Positions 9,611 to 17,652 of a stretch of 32,000 bases of DNA are shown one piece after another. The stretch comes from a cyanobacterium endosymbiont of Epithemia turgida isolate EtSB Lake Yunoko (lineage in GTDB: Bacteria; Cyanobacteriota; Cyanobacteriia; Cyanobacteriales; Microcystaceae), in NCBI RefSeq assembly GCF_000829235.1, contig NZ_AP012549.1:1230001-1262000 (forward strand), in the 5' to 3' direction. Position numbers and translations under genes: made by a program. The notes beneath the pieces are model-generated. The model was not told where the DNA came from, ran no database searches, and saw only the letters and a list, made by a program, of their open reading frames with translations. Each line of letters begins with the position of its first letter. Within the stretch, counting starts at the first letter, position 1.

Positions 9611-9810
9611 TAAATTTTTGTTCTAGCTTACAGGGTATTTAAGTAAAAGAGACACAAAGTCGTATCCGTTTTATTTTATGTAAATACAATTACTGTAGCT
9701 AAAGGAGTCAAACTTTAGGGGATTTGACTGCCTTTTGCCAATTAAGTACAGAGCTTTATTGCGTCACATCATACAAAATACCATTCCTGTTCATTTTTTT
9801 CTTATAGTAG

Positions 9811-9882
9811 TTTTCAATTGGGTAGCCCATAATAACAGCAGTAGGTAAACCAGCTAATTATGTATTCATAGGTTACTAAACC
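9811..9882 (-). repeat. dispersed 72-bp repeat, copy B, carrying promoter-like TTAGCT-N17-TATTAT on the minus strand
   Basis: Same element as 6681-6752. On the minus strand, -35 TTAGCT is at 9857..9852 and -10 TATTAT at 9834..9829 with a 17-nt spacer. It lies about 220 nt upstream of the lpxA start codon. Confidence 0.6.
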
Positions 9883-10909
9883 AACCGTTTCATTTATACT
9901 TTGATTGATTGATACCTCTATGATTTTATAATTTTTGAGTACAAAAATATCCTTTAATTTATAACTAACAGTTTTAATTGAGTTGAAATCAGAATAGTAA
10001 TAAACAATACGAGTTTTACTTCTATAGATTCCATTATTTTTCTAGAATTTGTAGCTTTATCAGCCGGTGAATTATCTTTAACCACATAATTTTTGAGATT
10101 CTATGGTACCAGCATTTCTATTTTATTAGTGAAAAGAGCTCAAAAAATCGATGTAGTAAATTTATAAATGAACGTAATATTTTTTAAAAATTATTGGAAC
10201 ATTTATTATAAGCTTGTTTTCCTTTAGTTGTTCTGGTAAAGTGACGGCGTATAGTTAACTTATACCCAATTTTGTCAATATAAACTAGGTTTTAACGTTT
10301 TGGTTCTCCAAGTTTCCTTGAAAATTACTAACCAAATAATTGAAACCCATCTGTGTAAGGTTCTAAGGCAGAAAGTATCCTTGTGTCAGGTCAACTTGAA
10401 ATTTGGGGCAGAAACAAATATATTAAGAATACCGACTATATGTAATACTTATTTTTTATGTAAGTCAATATTTATGGTTCGTAAAAAATATCCTTATATT
10501 GTTCTAGAAATTATTCAATAAAATTAAGTTTCTTTACCTCAATCTAAAGTAGGCTTTTAAAAGCATAAAACAAAAGTTGAATATTTATCTTTGCTTTCCA
10601 AGACATAAGAAAAAAATAATAAAATTATAATTATTTTTTAAAATTTATACCAGTCCTAGAGTTCATTGATTACTCTTATTGTTAGTTTCTATGATTTTAG
10701 TCAAAATATCCATGGAGTATAGCTTGATTGTTGTAGTTTGTTAACTTTATTTGATTTAAAAATCTTTTAGAAAGACGAAGATCGTTATTAAGTTGTTTGA
10801 AAGTAAATAAGGAAACTAATGAGGAAATTTGATATTAATGACCGAAGGAATAATACTTAAAATTTTTAAAATACAAATATTAAGATATAATTTCGTTACT
10901 TATGATTTG

Positions 10910-10954
10910 ATCAATAAATACAATCTAATAATAGATTAGATTGTATTTATTGAT
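10910..10954. repeat. perfect 20-bp inverted repeat with a 5-nt loop
   Basis: 10910-10929 (ATCAATAAATACAATCTAAT) pairs perfectly with 10935-10954. The loop is AATAG. It sits in a gene-free AT-rich region. Confidence 0.85.
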
Positions 10955-11353
10955 GATTAGACAAAGATAATAACTTGTAAAATTACAGCCAAAAGTTAAA
11001 TATCTATTGAGATAAAAATAGGATTGATATGATACCATGAAGTATGGTGACATTCTCTCGACATATTAAACGCTATAAATAAGCTAAATTATTTTTCTTT
11101 ATTTAAAAAATTTAATATTTTAAATTTATTTAACACTCATTTAAGTTACTAAGTTCTATTCAGCTTGTTAAATATTATTTTTAATATTAATATCTGGAAA
11201 ATATTATTGAAAAATTATTTTAGTTCTTGATGGTTTGCTTATTAATAAAATTATTATCAAATTTAGGCTATGTTGGGTTTTGACGAACTTTTATTATTTT
11301 AAGTTTGGTAAAGTCGGTTACTATCACTCTTGATGAGCAGTACTCAAATATAA

Positions 11354-12035
11354 TCAACCAACTTTAAGATTATCAAGAAAAGACTCTCCTGATCCTTCAA
11401 GACGATCACCTCCATTTTCTAAAACATAGCCTCGACCAGCAATCAACAGAGCTTTTTGGGAGTTGTGTTCTACTTTAACAATAGCTTTTAATGGCTTCGA
11501 TTTACTCAAAAATATTATCAACTAAAATGAGGGCTAGGGCAGCTGAAGGTTCATCTAAAAGTGACAAATCAGGATCAAGCATTAAAGCTCGTTCCATCGC
11601 TAACATTTGGTATTTTCCCCCTGATAGCTTACCAACTCGTTTGGGACGACGTTGTTCCAAACAAGAAAACATGGTCTAAATACGATGTTTATCCTCTTTT
11701 AAAGAGCCTTTTTTAATAAATGCTCCCACTTCTAAGTTGTCATCGATGGTTAAGGCAGAAAAAAGATTAGAAATTTGAGGAATATAGTACATCTCATGGC
11801 GGATAATTTTATCTTATGGCACCCGAGCGATATTTTCTACTTTAAAGATGATTTTGTTCTGTTTAGGGGTTAATAGTCCATAAATAGTTTTGGCAAATGT
11901 AGACCTTTCTATCCCATTAGGACCAATTACATCTACTAATTCCCCGGAGACAAGGCAAAAGTTAATCCCTTGCAATATATTGAAGTCTTCAACTTATCCT
12001 GCATAAATACTTTCTATTTATAAGATATTTTCCAT
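11354..12035 (-). pseudogene. decayed ABC-transporter ATP-binding subunit (LivF/BraG/NatE/UrtE family)
   Basis: Minus-strand conceptual translation: MENIL*IESIYAG*VEDFNILQGINFCLVSGELVDVIGPNGIERSTFAKTIYGLLTPKQNKIIFKVENIARVP*DKIIRHEMYYIPQISNLFSALTIDDNLEVGAFIKK...HRI*TMFSCLEQRRPKRVGKLSGGKYQMLAMERALMLDPDLSLLDEPSAALALILVDNIFE*IEAIKS(frameshift)IVKVEHNSQKALLIAGRGYVLENGGDRLEGSGESFLDNLKVG*. There are five in-frame stops and at least one frameshift. Walker A is degraded (GPNGIERST versus GPNGAGKST). The LSGG signature and Walker B (LLDEPS) are still readable. Confidence 0.85.
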
Positions 12036-12129
12036 AGAATTTAAAATCATCAATAATTAGGGTAAAAACTAACTAAAAACTTTTTAATGTCGCTCCTCTG
12101 AGCCTTTGATAACCTCTATTTTAGACTAT

Positions 12130-12357
12130 TTAGAATTGTGTTTTCTGCAATTCAGGGCGTTCTTCTGGAATAATTGCGCCTTCAACTGGACAAACTGTTA
12201 TGCAAATTCCGCAGTCAATACAGGTTTGAAAGTCTATCCAATACCAATCAGTTCCATTAACATTTTTGCCCGGACCTTCATGGATGCAAGCAACAGGACA
12301 AACATCTACACAGTCAGCAACCCCTTGACAGGTTTCAGTAATGATAGTATGTGGCAA
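12130..12357 (-). CDS. small dicluster ferredoxin, probably 7Fe type ([3Fe-4S][4Fe-4S])
   Basis: 75-aa ORF. The second motif is the canonical CIDCGICITVCP. The first motif, C-QG-V-AD-C-VDV-CP, has Val where the second Cys would be, which is typical of 3Fe-4S sites. The start codon is TTG, preceded by GGAGG with a 6-nt spacer. Confidence 0.85.
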   Translation of the reverse strand: MPHTIITETCQGVADCVDVCPVACIHEGPGKNVNGTDWYWIDFQTCIDCGICITVCPVEGAIIPEERPELQKTQF

Positions 12358-13549
12358 AGTGTTTCCTCCAAGTTTTAATGTTTGAATGTCATAGTTTTCT
12401 TATTGTGGCAGACTTTCTTCTCTTATTTCAACGAAATTTTCTCACTTTTGAATATATAAAAAGACTAAATATGCCTTTGTTTCTTGAGCTATTTATTCAA
12501 TATCAATTTCTGAGTGATTTTAAGGAGGGGATAACTTATTCAACTTTAATACTACCTTTAAATCTTGATTGTTCAAGGTATCTAATCTACTTACTACTGG
12601 ATAGATAACACACTTGTTCATTGGTATTAATAATCGGACATTGTAGTAGGATAAAAGCAATTTATAGTTAACCGAGTCCTTTAATATAGTCGCTAAAACT
12701 GGGGGTTAGGAGTCGTTGTACCTATTTAGGACTGATCATCTAACTTAAGTATTTAAAATAAACGTTACATTCATTAGATTTTAGTTTTTATGTTAAATCA
12801 CTGTGCATTATATTCAGTAAAATTTAATAGTTATGCCGAACTGATGATGTAGAAATAAACCATTTTTAAAATCAATTAAAATTGATTTTAAATCTCTTAT
12901 ACTATTTTCTAAACCATCCTTGATTTAAGATGGGTATCAACTTCCCCAGTCTAAACATTGGACTGGGTTCTCAACAATTTTTTGGTATAATAAATTGTTA
13001 ATTTCAATGAATTACTTTGATAGTCCTGATAGAAAATTTTATATATCTATTATCTGATTAATCTTTATTAAATTAGAGAATATTATATATAATATATCTA
13101 TTAGAATTTAGCTCTTAGTTCTATTTTAAGCTCTATTTATTCTTAAGTAAAAAATTTATTTTGTTGTCTATTTATGAAGTATTTTTACCCTTCAACTAGT
13201 ATTTTGAAGTTGTATTAACTGGTTTAGTGAAATACAATATATATCTTGCTAATTCAGGGTTTTATGTTAGGGTTTTTGCTATATTTTTCTTGTTGTTAAG
13301 AATAAATAACTTCTTTTCTTTACTTAGTTTATTTGTAGTTTTACAGAGCTTTTTATTAATCACATCGTCAAGTTACTTAGTGATTTATTTTTTAAATAAA
13401 CTGATGTTTTTTAAATAAATAGTATTGTTACTGTCATATTTTACAGATTATAAGGGATGTTCGGCAAATAATTAAATCTAATTATTTGAGAAAAAGAACG
13501 CAACCCTCGAGCCAATCTTCAATCTATTTATAAAATAAGTCTACTTGCC

Positions 13550-13580
13550 AATCTGTAGATGTACTTTATGTCTACAGATT
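13550..13580. promoter_or_regulatory. 10-bp perfect inverted repeat AATCTGTAGA / TCTACAGATT (11-nt loop) upstream of dapB
   Basis: Read directly from the sequence. It is part of a cluster of five GTAGA/TCTAC words between 13539 and 13664, about 25-150 bp upstream of the dapB ATG. Confidence 0.35.
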
Positions 13581-13686
13581 AGTAAAAATTCCCTGTAGTT
13601 ATAGAAGACTTGACGATAAAAGTGTTAAATAGGTTAAAATACAAAAAATATGCGATTTGTAGACTTATTCTTTAGGATAATTATTA

Positions 13687-14514
13687 ATGACAACTGAATC
13701 TTTAATTCCAGTAGTAGTAAACGGAGCAGCAGGTAAAATGGGGCGTGAAGTCGTTAAGGCTGTTTCTCAAGCTGAAGATATGATGTTAGTCGGAGCAGTA
13801 GATCACAACCCTGATTATCATGGGCAGGATGTCGGAGAAGTAGCTGGATGTGGGGCATTAGAGGTACCGATTATTAATGATTTGCAAAGTATTTTAGTGT
13901 TAGCCGCCGAAAAAAAGGTACAAGGGGTCATGGTGGATTTTACTCGCCCCGATGGGGTCTATGAGAATGTGCGAAGTGCGATTGCTTATGGAGTACGGCC
14001 AGTGGTAGGAACAACAGGATTAAGTGAAGAAAAAATCAAAGAATTAGGAGAATTTGCTGAAAAAGCTAGTACCGGATGTTTGATTATCCCTAATTTTTCC
14101 ATTGGTATGGTGTTATTACAACAAGCGGCTATTCAAGCATCCCAATACTTTAATCATGTAGAGATTGTTGAACTTCACCATAATCAAAAGGTAGATGCAC
14201 CCAGTGGAACCGCTGTTAAAACGGCTCAGATGTTGTCAGATTTGGGCAAAATGTATAACCTTCCTTCTGTGAAAGAAACAGAAACTATTCAAGGAGCAAG
14301 AGGCGGGTTAGGAAATAATAATATCAGAATTCATAGTGTGCGTTTACCTGGCTTAATCGCCCACCAAGAAATTCTTTTTGGGGCAAAAGGAGAACTTTAT
14401 ACTCTACGGCATGATACCAGCGATCGCTCTTGTTATATGACGGGAGTTTTATTGGCTATTCGCAAAATAACTCAACTAAAATCTCTGATTTATGGACTAG
14501 AAAAAATTCTATAA
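13687..14514 (+). CDS. dapB: 4-hydroxy-tetrahydrodipicolinate reductase
   Basis: 275-aa ORF. It has the N-terminal dinucleotide-binding motif [14 protein letters not shown] and the DapB signature [15 protein letters not shown]. Confidence 0.95.
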   Translation: MTTESLIPVVVNGAAGKMGREVVKAVSQAEDMMLVGAVDHNPDYHGQDVGEVAGCGALEVPIINDLQSILVLAAEKKVQGVMVDFTRPDGVYENVRSAIAYGVRPVVGTTGLSEEKIKELGEFAEKASTGCLIIPNFSIGMVLLQQAAIQASQYFNHVEIVELHHNQKVDAPSGTAVKTAQMLSDLGKMYNLPSVKETETIQGARGGLGNNNIRIHSVRLPGLIAHQEILFGAKGELYTLRHDTSDRSCYMTGVLLAIRKITQLKSLIYGLEKIL

Positions 14515-14673
14515 AATAAAAAAAATTAATAATTTTGCATAGATAAACTTTAAGTTAAAAACCTAGTATACTTCTTGTTTAAATCTAGTTCATGCGCTAT
14601 TAGCATGAATATTGACGAAGCATAAATAAAATTAATATCGTCTCAATAAAACTTGATATAATCAAATTTATTC

Positions 14674-14970
14674 TCATTCTGCCTGATATTGAATTAATAT
14701 GAAAGGCAAAACAATTAATGCCTTAAATGAAATAGAAGAATCAACATTCCAAGTTGTTAATTGTTCAGGAGAGGGTTTGTGACTTTAGGCTTTGCTAATC
14801 CAATGTGGCACAAATTTGACATCATCTTTAGCAATAGTAATCCCGACTTCTATTAAGTCTAAATGTTTAGTTACAAAAATGATAGATAGTATCTTTTTTG
14901 CATGGAGCGTTAAATATTGCCATTTAACATCAGAAAGATCTTCACTAAAGCGAGTTTCAAGGTTGTTCAT
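14674..14970 (-). pseudogene. small conserved hypothetical ORF (tentatively DUF2288-like) interrupted by an in-frame TAA
   Basis: The 61-aa ORF (14785-14970) ends ...DDVKFVPHWISKA*. The same frame continues straight after the TAA (14785-14787) for 36 more sense codons (SHKPSPEQLTTWNVDSSISFKALIVLPFILIQYQAE) to a TGA at 14674-14676. The combined length is about 98 codons. The family assignment is from memory only. Confidence 0.5.
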
Positions 14971-15002
14971 TGATTAATTTGCCACAATAACCGCAAAGAT
15001 AG

Positions 15003-15309
15003 ATTATGAATCAACCTCAAGGAGTATACAAAACATTATGAATCAACCTCAAGGAGTATACAAAACATTATGAATCAACCTCAAGGAGTATACAAAACAT
15101 TATGAATCAACCTCAAGGAGTATACAAAACATTATGAATCAACCTCAAGGAGTATACAAAACATTATGAATCAACCTCAAGGAGTATACAAAACATTATG
15201 AATCAACCTCAAGGAGTATACAAAACATTATGAATCAACCTCAAGGAGTATACAAAACATTATGAATCAACCTCAAGGAGTATACAAAACATTATGAATC
15301 AACCTCGAG
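15003..15309 (+). repeat. perfect 32-bp tandem repeat, about 9.6 units, reiterating the queC SD/ATG/first codons
   Basis: The unit is ATGAATCAACCTCAAGGAGTATACAAAACATT. ATGs occur at 15006, 15038 and so on to 15294, ten in total. All copies read as identical. The last copy diverges after ATGAATCAACCTC into the queC body. Confidence 0.97.
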
Positions 15310-15998
15310 CTGTTGTCTTGCTATCTGGAGGTTTAGATTCAGCTACCTCAGCTGCAATCGCTCTCTTCAAAGGTTACAATCTAATTGCCCTTTCTCTACG
15401 CTATGGACAACGCAACGAAAAGGAATTAGCAGCAGCTAAGAAGATCGCTCAAGACTTAGGCATAAGCGAACACTACATTACTGATGTTAATATTGCTCAA
15501 TGGGGAGGATCATCCTTAACTGATAAGTCTTTGACTATTCCTCAAAAGGGAATTCAATCTGATATTATTCCCTCTACCTACGTTCCAGGAAGAAATACTG
15601 TTTTTATCGCTCTTGCTCTCTCTCTAGCAGAAACTAAAGAAGCTAAGGCGATTTTCATAGGGATTAATGCTGTAGATTATTCAGGATATCCTGATTGTCG
15701 TTTGGACTATCTTAAAGCTTATCAAATGTTAGCTAATTTATCTTCAAAAGCAGGAATTGAAGGCAATGCCCCTCAATTAATTGCCCCTTTACTTAGGAAT
15801 TCCAAAGTAGATATTGTACACCGCGCTATTGCTCTAGGGGTAACCATTGAGGATACTTGGTCTTGTTATCAAGGAGGAGAAACCCCCTGTGGCTTATGTG
15901 ATTCTTGTCGTATACGTGATTTCGCCTTAATTGAGGCAGGATACCCTGAATTAGCTACTCCTAAAGGGAGAAGACGATTAACGAACTTCGAAAGTTAG
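15294..15998 (+). CDS. queC: 7-cyano-7-deazaguanine synthase
   Basis: 234-aa ORF. It has the PP-loop [12 protein letters not shown] and a C-terminal zinc-binding Cys cluster ([20 protein letters not shown]). Confidence 0.93.
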   Translation: MNQPRAVVLLSGGLDSATSAAIALFKGYNLIALSLRYGQRNEKELAAAKKIAQDLGISEHYITDVNIAQWGGSSLTDKSLTIPQKGIQSDIIPSTYVPGRNTVFIALALSLAETKEAKAIFIGINAVDYSGYPDCRLDYLKAYQMLANLSSKAGIEGNAPQLIAPLLRNSKVDIVHRAIALGVTIEDTWSCYQGGETPCGLCDSCRIRDFALIEAGYPELATPKGRRRLTNFES

Positions 15999-16209
15999 AA
16001 GAAGAAAAAGTCTTTTACTTCATTCGTATAAATCCGAAAAATAGGACAAAACAAAATTGATGGAATGTAGAGATGATAAAGTTTTGTTTTTTGACAGATT
16101 AGGATATCAGCTTTACGATAAAACCTAAATTTGTCCCTTTAATCAACAGCTTCTTCAGTAACTATAAAACTTAAATAACTAAGTAAGGATAATAGATAGT
16201 CAAGCATAC

Positions 16210-16249
16210 TTTCCATTCCTTAGAATACTTATAATCTAAGGAATGGAAA
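16210..16249. repeat. 13-bp perfect inverted repeat (TTTCCATTCCTTA / TAAGGAATGGAAA) with a 14-nt loop
   Basis: Read directly from the sequence. An A-run follows it on the + strand and a T-run precedes it on the - strand, so it is not a canonical terminator in either orientation. Confidence 0.7.
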
Positions 16250-16612
16250 AAATGATCCTTGTTTTTTATAATTTTTTAGTTTAGAATTTACCATAATTAG
16301 GTTAATAGTAATTTCGTTACAATAAATTATTTTTTATTTTATAGAAGTAAGTATTGCTACAAAAAGATTTATATCTAATAGTTGAGATTAGATTACTATT
16401 CGAGATCTTCTTGAAGAGAAAAATAATTTTTTTAATAAAGTAAAATATTGTTCATATAAACTAATTTTAAAAAAAATTATAATCATTAAACAACGTTTAT
16501 TCTCTTACATTATAGCAAATTAGATCTAAGCTTTAATCACAAAATTAACAAATATCAATGCAGCTGAAATTTTAAGTATTTTATTTTTCATCATACTTTT
16601 TAAAGATCAATA

Positions 16613-17342
16613 ATCCGTGTTCTTATTATAACAGTTATTTTTATTGAGGTTTACAAAACTAACGTTTTGTTCGAACAAGATCATAAAGTTGTTCTATTTA
16701 ACTAAGAGGATAAACTTGCACTAGTAGATAGAATATAAGATAATTATGGCGCGTATAAAGATCTTGCTCTACTAACACAAAAATCATCTCTTTCAAAATT
16801 TAATACTATGTTTGATAACGATAGTTGTAAATTAAATGTTACTTAATCTTTGGTAAAAATTTTATTATATAAGATTGAATATTTTGTTGATGTTCATTCA
16901 ACCTTGATTTATTTAAGATCTCAACAAATGTCCTATTGTGATAAAAAGTAAAGTTAAAAATAGAATTTATAAAACCTAAAAACGGCAGACTTGTACTTCT
17001 ATTCGTTCTACTTATCTCTAAGGTCCTTATAATTGGAGTAATTTACTTGACAAAACTATTGATGATTTCTTCCTGTCTATTCCTGGAAATAGATTACATT
17101 CTACTCAATTTTACTATGTTCAAGATTTAGTTGAAGAAATTGCTTCTTCACTAGAAGATAAAGAAGTGATAGGAAAAATTTATAAAATTTGAGGATAACG
17201 TTATATGATCTTTAATGGATTAGCTTATACCTGTGAAATGGCGGTGAGACACTCAGCAGATGAGCTCAAAAGTATTGGTTATAATTTCAAGCAATTTAAC
17301 TTAAGTAAAAAAAAAATTCTGCTAATATTTATTAAATATTAA
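16613..17342 (+). pseudogene. decayed NAD-dependent epimerase/dehydratase (extended SDR, CSP41-like) gene
   Basis: Conceptual translation: IRVLIITVIFIEVYKTNVLFEQDHKVVLFN*EDKLALVDRI*DNYGAYKDLALLTQKSSLSKFNTMFDNDSCKLNVT*SLVKILLYKIEYFVDVHSTLIYLRSQQMSYCDKK*(frameshift)RIYKT*KRQTCTSIRSTYL*GPYNWSNLLDKTIDDFFLSIPGNRLHSTQFYYVQDLVEEIASSLEDKEVIGKIYKI*G*RYMIFNGLAYTCEMAVRHSADELKSIGYNFKQFNLSKKK. It is collinear with cyanobacterial homologues of the form MRILVMGGTRFIG...VVLFNRG...FD.IFDN.GR...FVY.SS.GVY...TS.RP.YIYGP.NYN...WFF.R...IPG.G...TQ..HV.DLA...G.IYNI.G.RY.TF.GLA...FD.GK.K. There are at least 8 in-frame stops and one frameshift, the Rossmann GGTRFIG motif is lost, and no start codon remains. Confidence 0.8.
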
Positions 17343-17652
17343 ATAAATTAAAATAGTCACAAGAATATCATTGATTTTGGGGCTTAAAAGATTATTTTAA
17401 GAATAAAAATTTGGTATTATAGCATCACAGAACTAACATAGATTTTCTCCTTGATAATTAAAGTTTAACTACCTGAGGTACATATCAAATTATTCTAGTT
17501 TAAACCAAACAAAAATTAAGCTATATAACCTAGAATTATTTATGAAAAATATAATTTATAGATTTTTCATAAACAGCTTTCTTCGATTGATGAAAGAATG
17601 CTGAAGGATATTTTAATTTATTAATTTTAACGACTTTAAAAAATAAATCATA

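Noticed and set aside
9611-10420. fabZ or lpxC relic upstream of lpxA
   Set aside because: I translated the three minus-strand frames by hand and found none of the FabZ hallmark blocks (LPHRYPFLLVD, GHFP). This does not exclude a relic detectable only by profile search.
10300-10521. 73-aa + strand ORF
   Set aside because: It has a non-ATG start, no RBS and no recognisable similarity. It lies in a decayed spacer and may at most be a relic fragment.
11491-11679. 62-aa + strand ORF
   Set aside because: It lies antisense to the clearly readable ABC ATPase pseudogene on the minus strand.
12106-12608. ORFs 12106-12378 (+) and 12351-12608 (+)
   Set aside because: The first lies antisense to the ferredoxin gene. 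The second is an AT-rich Phe/Leu-rich reading frame without an RBS or homology features.
13227-13418. 63-aa + strand ORF
   Set aside because: An AT-driven Phe/Leu/Ile-rich frame in a spacer, with no RBS and no motif.
14589-14609. 7-bp hairpin TTCATGC-N7-GCATGAA between dapB and the convergent small ORF as a terminator
   Set aside because: There is no U-tract on either strand and the stem is short. The evidence is insufficient.
14792-14977. 61-aa + strand ORF
   Set aside because: It is the mirror image of the minus-strand ORF 14785-14970, which has the more protein-like, family-like sequence.
15003-15309. CRISPR array
   Set aside because: The 32-bp units are directly contiguous with no spacers. 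The unit has no palindromic repeat structure and no cas genes are nearby. It is a simple tandem duplication that includes the queC start.
15003-15309. preQ1 riboswitch in the queC leader
   Set aside because: The unit has a CCUC and an A-rich UAUACAAAAC stretch that superficially recalls preQ1-I. I could not find the complementary 5' half of P1 (GAGG) or a pseudoknot partner, and the motif spacing is wrong.
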